Source: Oscillospiraceae bacterium
GTDB lineage: Bacteria > Bacillota > Clostridia > Oscillospirales > Ruminococcaceae
DNA length: 42,176 nt
Direction of reading: 5' to 3'
Assembly (NCBI GenBank): GCA_036640155.1
Contig: JAVWHI010000002.1
Coordinates: 1-42,176, forward strand
In this document: positions 34,374 through 42,176 of the stretch, piece by piece
Position numbering within the stretch: position 1 is the stretch's first letter
How the letters are laid out: every line of letters starts with the position of its first letter
The notes under the pieces: generated by a model
What the model saw: only the letters and a program-made list of their open reading frames with translations
What the model was told of the DNA's origin: nothing
Database searches by the model: none
Made by a program: the position numbers and the translations under genes

Positions 34374-34443
34374 ATGTAGAAATTATAAACAGCGTAAAGT
34401 GGCAGGGATAAACTCTGTCACTAATTAAGAAGGAGATTGATAA

Positions 34444-35616
34444 ATGTTGAAAAAGATTGTTTCATTATGTTTGGTTTTATCTTTTGCAATGGCTTTTTTT
34501 ACAGTGCCATTATTTGCAAAGGATAACGTAAAGACCACGTTGAAGGTTTACAATTGGGGCGAATATATTTCAGACGGTGCAGATGAGACGATGGATGTTA
34601 TTGCCGAATTTGAAAAACACTATCCCGATATCGACGTAGATTATCAAACATTTGGTACAAACGAAGAAATGTATGCTAAAATTGCAAGTGGCTCTGCAGA
34701 ATATGATGTTATTATTCCGTCTGACTACATGATATCTAAAATGATTAAAGGTGACTTGCTTGCAAAAATCGACTACAACAATATTCCAAATTATATGTTT
34801 ATCGACAGGGAATTTAAAAATTTGGAGTTTGATCCTAAAAACGAGTATTCAGTACCGTACACTTGGGGTACAGTAGGCATTATTTATAACAAAAAAATGG
34901 TTAGTGAAACAGTTGACAGTTGGGACATGTTGTGGAATGAAAAATATAAAAACAAGATATTGATGTTTAACAATTCACGAGATGCTTATGGTATTGCACT
35001 TAAAAAACTAGGATACTCGCAAAATACAACCAATAAAGATGAAATTGATCAAGCAACAGAGCTACTAAAAGAGCAAAAAACTGTTATTAAGAGTTATGTT
35101 ATGGATGAGATTTTCGATAAAATGACTATAGGCGAAGCGGCTCTAGCTCCATATTATGCAGGGGACGCCATTACAATGATTAAAGATAACCCGGATTTAG
35201 CTTTTGTTGTACCTAAGGAAGGCTCTAATAAATTCGTTGACTCTATGGTTATTGCAAAATCCTCAAAGAATAAAGCTATTGCTGAAACTTTTATCGATTT
35301 TATGTTGGAACCTGAAGTTGCAAAAGCAAACATCGAATATATTGGCTATTCAACACCAATGTCGCTTGTTAGAGATATGCTTGATAAAAACCTTAGAGAA
35401 AGTCCTATATCATATCCTGAGTCTGAAGTTTTAGCAAGATGTGATACCTTTTTGGATTTACCTGAAGAAACAAACGAATATATAAGTGAATCGTGGAATG
35501 ACGTTATGGCATATGGTAGCAACAATGTCGTTACTCTTATAATACTTGTGGTTATTGTTTTAGCAATTGCCGCTGGAGTTATCTTCTTGTTTATAAAAAG
35601 AAAAAATTCAAAATAG
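34444..35616 (+). CDS. potD: Spermidine/putrescine-binding protein PotD-like, with a C-terminal TM helix
   Basis: RBS AAGGAG. Signal peptide, LKVYNWGEYI motif and PotD/PotF fold blocks (YDVIIPSDYM, VPYTWGT). The last roughly 30 aa are hydrophobic and end in KRKNSK. Confidence 0.88.
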   Translation: MLKKIVSLCLVLSFAMAFFTVPLFAKDNVKTTLKVYNWGEYISDGADETMDVIAEFEKHYPDIDVDYQTFGTNEEMYAKIASGSAEYDVIIPSDYMISKMIKGDLLAKIDYNNIPNYMFIDREFKNLEFDPKNEYSVPYTWGTVGIIYNKKMVSETVDSWDMLWNEKYKNKILMFNNSRDAYGIALKKLGYSQNTTNKDEIDQATELLKEQKTVIKSYVMDEIFDKMTIGEAALAPYYAGDAITMIKDNPDLAFVVPKEGSNKFVDSMVIAKSSKNKAIAETFIDFMLEPEVAKANIEYIGYSTPMSLVRDMLDKNLRESPISYPESEVLARCDTFLDLPEETNEYISESWNDVMAYGSNNVVTLIILVVIVLAIAAGVIFLFIKRKNSK

Positions 35617-35675
35617 TATTAGTTTAATTTTTTAAAAACATTATGGTTTTAAACGTTGCAAAACTTTAATTTATG

Positions 35676-35704
35676 TGAGAATGCTTTTTTAAAAAGCATT
35701 CTCA
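35676..35704 (+). terminator. Putative terminator after potD
   Basis: TGAGAATGCTTTTT / AAAAAGCATTCTCA, a perfect 14-bp palindrome. The U residues are inside the stem rather than trailing it. Confidence 0.5.
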
Positions 35705-35754
35705 TAATAAACTACACCAGGTTTAATATTAATTAAGCTATTCACAAAAAAAGC

Positions 35755-35783
35755 TTGACAAAAGTTAGTAACTGTGTTATTAT
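35755..35783 (+). promoter_or_regulatory. Sigma-A type promoter for infC-rpmI-rplT
   Basis: TTGACA (35755-35760), 17-nt spacer, TATTAT (35778-35783) with a TGt extension. Confidence 0.6.
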
Positions 35784-35789
35784 AGTTAA

Positions 35790-35920
35790 GAAAACAAAGC
35801 AGAACAACAGTGACGTTCTCACCCTGATGTTTTTATATCAAGGGTCAATATTATAAAAGATGGGTTTTTCCTATCTGATTAAGTATTGAAGACGTGGACT
35901 GTAAGGTCTACGTTTTGTTT
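35790..35920 (+). promoter_or_regulatory. L20-leader-type transcription attenuator upstream of infC
   Basis: Structured leader (GAAC..GTTC, CCCTGAT..ATCAAGGG, AGATGG..CCTATCT) ending in the terminator ACGTGGAC / GTCTACGT plus TTTTGTTTATT (35892-35920), just before the infC SD. The context matches the Firmicute L20 autoregulatory leader. The motif itself was not verified. Confidence 0.6.
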
Positions 35921-35947
35921 ATTATTATGGCATGGAGGTGCTTTATT

Positions 35948-36469
35948 ATTAGCAAAAATAATGAATTGCTCATCAACGAAGAAATTCGTGATAAAGAAAT
36001 CCGCGTCGTTGGCGCAGATGGAAGTCAGCTTGGTATTATGTCTTCACGAGATGCTTTCAAACTTGCAGTAGAACAAGGTCTTGATCTTGTTAAAATTGCT
36101 CCTCAGGCGGCACCGCCTGTTTGCAGAATTATGGATTATGGAAAATTCCGCTATGAGCAAGCTAAACGTGAAAAAGAAGCAAAGAAGAATCAAAAAGTCG
36201 TTGAAATCAAAGAAGTGAGAATGTCTTTAAATATTGACGTTCACGACCTTGAAACAAAGATTAATCAAGCAAACAAATTCCTTTCTATGGGCGATAAGGT
36301 TAAGGTATCAATAAGATATCGTGGCCGAGAAATGGCTCATCCAGAAATGGGAAAAGGCTTACTAGAGCGATTTAAAGACGCCTGTTCAGAAAATGGTGTG
36401 GTTGAAAAATCACCTAAATTAGAAGGGCGAAGCTTGGCTATGTTTATTGCATCAAAGATTGCTAAGTAG
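35948..36469 (+). CDS. infC: Translation initiation factor IF-3 (non-canonical ATT start)
   Basis: GGAGGTG (35934-35940), then ATT at 35948 at 7-nt spacing. The product begins I-SKNNELLINEEIRDKEIRVVGADGSQLGI, as expected for IF-3. The track start at 35894 lies inside the attenuator hairpin. Confidence 0.9.
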   Translation: MSKNNELLINEEIRDKEIRVVGADGSQLGIMSSRDAFKLAVEQGLDLVKIAPQAAPPVCRIMDYGKFRYEQAKREKEAKKNQKVVEIKEVRMSLNIDVHDLETKINQANKFLSMGDKVKVSIRYRGREMAHPEMGKGLLERFKDACSENGVVEKSPKLEGRSLAMFIASKIAK

Positions 36470-36490
36470 ATAATTAAGGAGGAATACAAA

Positions 36491-36688
36491 ATGCCTAAAA
36501 TGAAAACACATACCGGTGCGAAAAAACGCTTTAGCCTTACTAAAAACGGTAAAGTTAAACGTGCACACGCAAATAAAAGCCATATTCTTAATAAGAAATC
36601 CACAAAACGTAAAAGAGGATTAAGAAAAGGAGCTTACGCTGATAAGACGAATGCTCCAGCTTTAAAAGTGCTTATTCCTTACAAATAA
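36491..36688 (+). CDS. rpmI: 50S ribosomal protein L35
   Basis: [14 protein letters not shown]..., 65 aa. RBS AAGGAGG. Confidence 0.95.
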   Translation: MPKMKTHTGAKKRFSLTKNGKVKRAHANKSHILNKKSTKRKRGLRKGAYADKTNAPALKVLIPYK

Positions 36689-36797
36689 TCAAATAATTGC
36701 ATTACACTTATTCGGCAGCTTTTATGTAAAAGACTGACCGAGGCAACTCAAATCATATAGTGTTTATCAAATGCTATAATTAACGGAGGTAACGACT

Positions 36798-37154
36798 ATG
36801 GCTCGTATTAAAGGAGCAATGGCTACTCGCAAGAGAAGAAACAAAGTACTTAAGCTTGCAAAAGGATATTGGGGCGGAAAAAGTAAGTTGTTTAAAACTG
36901 CAAAAGAAGCAGTAATGAAATCGGGACAATATGCTTATATAGGACGCAAACTGAAAAAACGTGATTTTAGAAGATTGTGGATTACAAGAATTAACGCTGG
37001 TTGTAAAATGAATGGAATGAATTACTCAACATTCATGAACGGCCTTAACAAAGCCGGTATTGCATTAAACCGCAAGATGCTTTCTGAAATTGCTATCAAC
37101 GATAAAGCTGCGTTCACAGCATTATGTGAAAAAGCAAAAGCTGCATTAATCTAA
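36798..37154 (+). CDS. rplT: 50S ribosomal protein L20
   Basis: [26 protein letters not shown]..., 118 aa. RBS GGAGG. Confidence 0.95.
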   Translation: MARIKGAMATRKRRNKVLKLAKGYWGGKSKLFKTAKEAVMKSGQYAYIGRKLKKRDFRRLWITRINAGCKMNGMNYSTFMNGLNKAGIALNRKMLSEIAINDKAAFTALCEKAKAALI

Positions 37155-37163
37155 TAATTATGA

Positions 37164-37200
37164 ACGCCCGCGTCTGTCGACTCGGGCGTGTATTAATTTT
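37164..37200 (+). terminator. Putative terminator after rplT
   Basis: ACGCCCG / CGGGCGT, a GC-rich 7-bp stem with a 12-nt loop and a T-rich tail (GTATTAATTTT). Confidence 0.5.
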
Positions 37201-37226
37201 AATCCTAGTACCGGGAGGCGAGATAA

Positions 37227-38012
37227 TTGGATTTTCTTAGTTCACGTGAGAATAAAAATATTAAAGAATACGTAAAACTGTTGACTCAAAAAAAATATCG
37301 TGACCTGACAGATAAGTTCGTTATTGAAGGTATTAAGCTTGTGTTAGAAGCACAAAAAAGTACTTTGCACTTTGAAATGGTTTTTGTAACTCAAGAATGT
37401 ATAGAAAAACATAGTGATGAGTTAGAAAAGCTTTTTCAAACAACCCAAGTCTTTATTATTGATGAAACATTGGAAAATAAACTTTCATTATCACAGTCTT
37501 TGCAAGGAATTTATGCTGTTTTAAAAAAACCACAGCAAACACTTGACGAAAGTGATATAATAGGTGGTGGAAAGTATGTTTGCTTGTGCGATTTACAAGA
37601 CAATGGGAATGTCGGAACGATTATAAGAGCTGCTGAGGCGATTGGCATTGATGGCGTTGTAATCTCCGACCAAAATTGCGATATATTTAGTATTAAAACT
37701 GTTCGTGCAACGATGGGCAGTGTCTTTCGCTTACCTATTTTGATAAGCACTGATGTTGCTAATCTCATAAAAACTGCTGGAGCTAGTGGCGTGCAAACCA
37801 TTGCAACAGTTGTAAACCCTAATGCAAACGATATTTTACAAACGGAGTTTTCAAAAAACGTCTTAGTTTTAATTGGTAACGAGGGGAATGGACTTCCACA
37901 AGATTTGATTTCACTTTGCAAAGAAAAAGTTACAATTAAAATGCAAGGAAAAGCAGAGTCTCTTAATGCCTCAATGGCGGCGGCTCTTGTGATGTGGGAA
38001 TTATCAAAATGA
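37227..38012 (+). CDS. TrmH/SpoU-family RNA 2'-O-methyltransferase
   Basis: TTG start 8 nt after GGAGG. SpoU motifs DPGNVGTIIR-like (DNGNVGTIIRAAEA), LIGNEGNGL, ESLNASMAAAL. Position after rplT as in other Firmicutes. Confidence 0.85.
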   Translation: MDFLSSRENKNIKEYVKLLTQKKYRDLTDKFVIEGIKLVLEAQKSTLHFEMVFVTQECIEKHSDELEKLFQTTQVFIIDETLENKLSLSQSLQGIYAVLKKPQQTLDESDIIGGGKYVCLCDLQDNGNVGTIIRAAEAIGIDGVVISDQNCDIFSIKTVRATMGSVFRLPILISTDVANLIKTAGASGVQTIATVVNPNANDILQTEFSKNVLVLIGNEGNGLPQDLISLCKEKVTIKMQGKAESLNASMAAALVMWELSK

Positions 38013-38068
38013 TTTTATGAAAAAGGACGGTGTAAAACAATACAAGTTTAAAACATGTATTTCAACTT

Positions 38069-39310
38069 ATGAAAAATGCTATTTATTATGTATGGCTATC
38101 TCGACTTTTTCCGCTTGGAAGTGACAAACCCAACCAAATATTATTGCACTATGATAATATTGAGGATTTTTACAAACTCGATAAAGAAAAGATGTTCAGT
38201 GCTAATTTCTTAGATAAAGATGACGTCAATAGAATTAAAAGTACCTCCCTTGCTACTGCTGAAAAAATTCTTAAAGATTGCGAAGAATTAGACATAAAAC
38301 TCACTACAATTGCAGATGATAACTATCCTGCTCGTTTAAGATATATTTATGCACCACCGGTTGTTCTTTACTACAAAGGAGACATAGATGGACTAGATGA
38401 TGAACTCGTTTTGACAGTAGTCGGTACTCGAAAACCATCAGATTATGGCTTGTATGTCGCACAAAGAATGAGCGCTGAATTTGCACAAGCTGGAGCAGTT
38501 GTTGTTAGCGGATGCGCACCTGGAATTGATACTGCGGCACATCAAGGAGCATTAAATGCCGGAAAAAGAACTGTTGCAGTTTTAGGTTGCGGCGTTGATG
38601 TCGATTATCCTAAACAAAACACCAAGTTAAAAAATGATATACTAGTAAAAGGCGCACTTATTTCGGAAATTCCACCAAAAATCAGACCTTCAACATATGT
38701 TTTCCCCGTAAGAAACAGAATTATGGCAGGACTTTGCGATGGAGTTGTAGTAGTAGAAGCACCAATTAAAAGCGGGTCATTAATAACTGCTGAACATGCT
38801 GCTGAACAGGGAAAAGATTTGTTTATGGTGGCACCAACAAACATATATAGCAGTAGTTTCATGGGCGTTGCTAGATATATAAGAGATGGTGCAATAACGG
38901 TTATGTCCTCAAAAGATGTTTTGTCAGAATATTATAATAAATATGCAGCAAAGCTTGACGCATTAAGAATGGTCAGTGAGGCACAGCTTAATAATAAAAA
39001 AGAAGAACTTAAAAACAGTCCTCAAAAGAATACTGTACCAAAAAAGGACGACACACAAAAAGTAGAGCAACAACAAAATAGTGAAAAGTTATTGGCTTCG
39101 ATTGTTGCTAGTTTGGACGAGTTGTGCTTAAAAGTGTACAATTCACTTGATGATACACCTTTACATATTGATGAAATTATTGAAAAAAGCGATATTACTA
39201 TGAATCAGTTCTTTTCAACTGTTACTAAACTTGAAATTATGGGTATTGTAGAATCGTATGCAGGTAGAAGATATGGTAAAGTTAATAAAGTAGGCGTAGA
39301 TAAATTATAA
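38069..39310 (+). CDS. dprA: DNA-processing protein DprA (Smf)
   Basis: Rossmann-type DprA core VVGTRKPS.YG, VVSGCAPGIDTAAHQGAL, VLGCGVD..YP, SGSLITA. C-terminal winged-helix region after a K/Q-rich linker. Confidence 0.9.
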   Translation: MKNAIYYVWLSRLFPLGSDKPNQILLHYDNIEDFYKLDKEKMFSANFLDKDDVNRIKSTSLATAEKILKDCEELDIKLTTIADDNYPARLRYIYAPPVVLYYKGDIDGLDDELVLTVVGTRKPSDYGLYVAQRMSAEFAQAGAVVVSGCAPGIDTAAHQGALNAGKRTVAVLGCGVDVDYPKQNTKLKNDILVKGALISEIPPKIRPSTYVFPVRNRIMAGLCDGVVVVEAPIKSGSLITAEHAAEQGKDLFMVAPTNIYSSSFMGVARYIRDGAITVMSSKDVLSEYYNKYAAKLDALRMVSEAQLNNKKEELKNSPQKNTVPKKDDTQKVEQQQNSEKLLASIVASLDELCLKVYNSLDDTPLHIDEIIEKSDITMNQFFSTVTKLEIMGIVESYAGRRYGKVNKVGVDKL

Positions 39311-39448
39311 TAGGAGAAAATATTTACAGCTAATTCATTTTTTAAAGAAGTGTTTTTGCATTTTGAGAGGTACTATTAAGGTGTTTACGTATACATGTGA
39401 AGATAAATACAACATCACATATCGCAGTGCGAAGATAGGAGATAATAA

Positions 39449-41533
39449 ATGGCTAAAAATTTAGTTATCGTTGAGTCACCTGCTAAAGGCAAAACAATAA
39501 AAAAATATTTAGGTAAGAATTTTGAGGTTATAGCCTCAATGGGACACGTTCGGGATTTGCCAAAATCAAAACTCGGGATTGATGTTGAAAACGATTTTGA
39601 GCCTAAGTATATAAACATAAGAAAGCAATCAGAGACTATTAAAAAACTTAAAGCAGCTGCAAAAGGCTGTAAAGAAATATATCTCGCAACTGACCCGGAC
39701 CGTGAAGGCGAAGCAATTTCATGGCACTTAGCTTATATATTAGGTGTTAGTATGGACAAGCCTGCAAGAGTTACTTTTAACGAAATAACAAAAGCGGGAG
39801 TTAGCTATGGTATGGCTAATCCACGCAAAATCGATATAGATTTAGTAGATGCTCAACAAACTAGAAGAATGCTTGATAGGCTTGTAGGATACAAAATAAG
39901 TCCGTTTTTGTGGAAAAAAGTGAGAAGTGGACTATCAGCAGGACGTGTTCAATCAGTTGCTGTTAGAATTATTGTTGATCGTGAAAATGAAATAAACGCA
40001 TTTGTTCCCCAGGAATACTGGTCAATAGAGGCGACGTTACAAACAATGGACTCTTGTGGAAAATTTACCGCTAAATACTATGGTAAAGACAACAATAAAG
40101 TCGATATTTTAAATGAAGAACAAGCAAATGAAGTCTTAAAAGAAGTGGATAATGCAGAATTTATAGTTAAAAGCATAAAAAAGGGAGTTAGGAAAAAGTC
40201 TCCGGCACCACCATTTACTACTTCTACTTTGCAACAGGAAGCATCACGCAAGTTAGGTTTTCAAGCAAGAAGAACAATGTCAATAGCACAACAGTTATAC
40301 GAGGGTGTTGATGTGGAGGGCTATGGCGCAATTGGACTTATAACATATATGAGAACGGATTCGCTTAGAATTTCTGATGAAGCAAGAGCAGCAGCTTACA
40401 TGTACATTGAAAATAAATATGGTGAGAATTATATTCCGTCTACACCTCGTGTTTATAAAACAAAGAAAAATGTGCAAGATGGGCATGAGGCTATCAGACC
40501 GTCTTTACCAGAAATTACTCCGGAAGCTGTAAAAAGTTCGCTATCAAGTGAACAATATAAGCTCTACAAACTTATTTGGGAAAGATTTATTGCAAGTCAA
40601 ATGTCAAATGCACTGCTTGACACGGTTTCAGTATCAATTGATGCTAATAATCACACCTTTAAAGCCTCTGGGTTTTCTGTTGAGTTTGATGGTTTTATGA
40701 CTTTATACGTTGAGGGAAAAGACGATGCCGATGAAGAAGAAGGAGTTTTGCCAAAAATGAGTGAGGCAGAAAAGTTAAAGCTTCTTGACATCGCAAACAA
40801 TCAACATTTTACGCAGCCTCCTCCACGTTTTAGTGAGGCATCACTGATTAAATTTTTAGAAGAAAAGGGCATTGGACGACCTAGTACTTATGCTCCGACT
40901 ATTGGAACAATACTAGCAAGAAATTATGTTGAACGTGAGCAAAAGCAGCTTAAGCCGACAGCGTTAGGACAAGTAACGACAGAAATCATGCTTGAAAATT
41001 TTGCTAAGATAGTTGACCCTGATTTTACAGCTAGTATGGAACAAGATTTAGATATAGTTGAAGATGGAAAAAAAGAATGGAAACAAGTAATCAGGGAGTT
41101 TTATGGTGACTTTAGTAAGGCTCTTGAAAAAGCAGAACTAGAAAACGATGGCGAACGCATTAAAATTCCAGATGAAGTTACAGATGTTGTTTGCGAACTT
41201 TGTGGTAAAAACATGGTAGTTAAATCGGGCAGATTCGGTAAGTTTTTAGCGTGTCCTGGATATCCTGACTGTAAAAACACTAAAAAAATTGTAACTGAAA
41301 CAGAAGGAACTTGTCCGCTGTGTGGTGGGAAAATATTAGAGAAAAAATCTAAAAAGGGAAAGAAATTCTTTGGTTGCGAGCATAACCCTGATTGTGCATT
41401 TTTATCTTGGGACTCGCCAATAAAGGACACTTGCCCACAGTGCAATAAAACATTGCTTAAAAAAGGTGGAAAAGCCGGAAAAATATATTGCTCAAATGAA
41501 AATTGTGATTATGAAAGAGGCTTGAAAGATTAA
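39449..41533 (+). CDS. topA: DNA topoisomerase I
   Basis: [33 protein letters not shown]. Catalytic Tyr context ITYMRTDS. Three C-terminal C4 zinc ribbons. Confidence 0.97.
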   Translation: MAKNLVIVESPAKGKTIKKYLGKNFEVIASMGHVRDLPKSKLGIDVENDFEPKYINIRKQSETIKKLKAAAKGCKEIYLATDPDREGEAISWHLAYILGVSMDKPARVTFNEITKAGVSYGMANPRKIDIDLVDAQQTRRMLDRLVGYKISPFLWKKVRSGLSAGRVQSVAVRIIVDRENEINAFVPQEYWSIEATLQTMDSCGKFTAKYYGKDNNKVDILNEEQANEVLKEVDNAEFIVKSIKKGVRKKSPAPPFTTSTLQQEASRKLGFQARRTMSIAQQLYEGVDVEGYGAIGLITYMRTDSLRISDEARAAAYMYIENKYGENYIPSTPRVYKTKKNVQDGHEAIRPSLPEITPEAVKSSLSSEQYKLYKLIWERFIASQMSNALLDTVSVSIDANNHTFKASGFSVEFDGFMTLYVEGKDDADEEEGVLPKMSEAEKLKLLDIANNQHFTQPPPRFSEASLIKFLEEKGIGRPSTYAPTIGTILARNYVEREQKQLKPTALGQVTTEIMLENFAKIVDPDFTASMEQDLDIVEDGKKEWKQVIREFYGDFSKALEKAELENDGERIKIPDEVTDVVCELCGKNMVVKSGRFGKFLACPGYPDCKNTKKIVTETEGTCPLCGGKILEKKSKKGKKFFGCEHNPDCAFLSWDSPIKDTCPQCNKTLLKKGGKAGKIYCSNENCDYERGLKD

Positions 41534-42176
41534 TGAAAGTTAGTGTTATCGGAGCAGGTCTTGCAGGAAGTGAATGCGCTTATAAGCTTGCACAGCTTGG
41601 AATAAATGTTGATTTATATGAAATGAAACCTCAAAAACGCTCACCGGCACATTCGCAAGACACTTTTGCGGAGCTAGTTTGTTCTAATTCACTTAAAGCA
41701 GCAAGAATTGATTCAGCAGCCGGACTTTTAAAAGAAGAAATGCGACTTTTAGGCTCAATTTGTATAGAAAGTGCAAGGCTTAACGCTGTTGCGGCAGGTG
41801 GAGCTTTAGCAGTAGACAGAAATAACTTTTCTGATTATATAACTACAAAGATAAAAGAAAATCCAAATATTAATATAATTGAGGGCGAAGTAAAACACAT
41901 TCCTGACGGAATTGTGGTTATTGCAACAGGTCCACTTACTTCGCAGGCACTTTCGGCTGAAATAGAGTCTTTTTTAGGTAGCAATGGACTATGCTTTTTT
42001 GATGCAGCAGCTCCAATCGTGGAAACTGCAAGTATAGACATGCAAACAGCATTTTTAGCCTCAAGATACGCAAAAGGCGATGACGATTATATCAATTGTC
42101 CTATGAATAAACAAGAATATGAATTTTTTTATAATGAACTTGTTAATGCTGAATCTGTTGAGTTAAAAGAGTTTGA
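41533..42176 (+). CDS. trmFO: Methylenetetrahydrofolate--tRNA-(uracil54-C5)-methyltransferase TrmFO (3' end outside the window)
   Basis: Not in the ORF track because there is no stop in the window. The ATG overlaps the topA stop (TAATG). Translation [37 protein letters not shown]....FAELVCSNS. dprA-topA-trmFO synteny is typical of Firmicutes. Confidence 0.9.
   Translation, partial: MKVSVIGAGLAGSECAYKLAQLGINVDLYEMKPQKRSPAHSQDTFAELVCSNSLKAARIDSAAGLLKEEMRLLGSICIESARLNAVAAGGALAVDRNNFSDYITTKIKENPNINIIEGEVKHIPDGIVVIATGPLTSQALSAEIESFLGSNGLCFFDAAAPIVETASIDMQTAFLASRYAKGDDDYINCPMNKQEYEFFYNELVNAESVELKEF

Noticed and set aside
37511-37921. 136-aa minus-strand ORF. Similar antisense ORFs: 22000-22350, 41101-41445, 30409-30741, 12379-12705, 13865-14185, 28976-29293, 25239-25568
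   Set aside because: Each lies wholly or largely inside a well-supported gene on the opposite strand. They lack RBSs and have no recognisable motifs. They are treated as chance open frames in AT-rich DNA.
39381-39464. Short GTG-initiated ORF upstream of and overlapping the topA start
   Set aside because: It has a weak, poorly spaced RBS and no conservation argument. Its 27 codons end inside topA. It is probably noise.
1-42176. CRISPR arrays, tRNA/rRNA genes, transposases, integrases, phage genes or defence-island signatures
   Set aside because: I found no direct-repeat/spacer periodicity and no tRNA-like GTTCGAATC T-arm motifs. No ORF has recombinase, nuclease or defence hallmarks. Gene content and composition look uniformly core-chromosomal.

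Overview
AT-rich, gene-dense chromosomal segment that looks like the core genome of a low-GC, endospore-forming Firmicute (Clostridia-like). I support about 40 protein-coding genes. Housekeeping: secA, secD, secF, purB, glyQS, hprK, lexA, folC, infC-rpmI-rplT, dprA-topA-trmFO. Sporulation: pdaA, spoIIAA-spoIIAB-sigF, and a DUF421/DUF4363 pair. Transport: feoA-feoB, potABCD, queT, an ABC-2 exporter and a hemolysin-III family protein. Three cis-regulatory RNAs are recognisable from sequence: a full T-box leader (1690-1970), a preQ1-I riboswitch ahead of queT (11514-11554), and an L20-leader-type attenuator ahead of infC (35790-35920). Two likely genes fall below the ORF-track size cutoff: a 56-aa FeoB-associated Cys-rich miniprotein (20638-20808, minus strand) and a stand-alone 43-aa hydrophobic peptide (12174-12305). 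trmFO runs off the 3' end of the window and is also missing from the track. I saw no rRNA, tRNA, CRISPR array, transposase, integrase or prophage signature, so this is not an obvious accessory island. The most unusual item is the T-box leader, whose specifier is probably a branched-chain amino acid codon. It controls a single 756-aa fusion of an XRE-type HTH, a cupin and an ACSM/MACS-type acyl-CoA synthetase. Secondary leads: a roughly 200-nt structured, unclassified leader ahead of potABCD; a PadR-DUF1700-DUF4097 overlapping three-gene module with its operator inside its promoter; a perfect 15-bp palindrome in the feoA 5' UTR; an orphan strong terminator suggesting a small RNA after secF; and lexA apparently embedded in an hprK-php-lexA-folC string with no SOS box visible by eye. 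All family assignments come from motif recognition by eye. None has been checked by a search.
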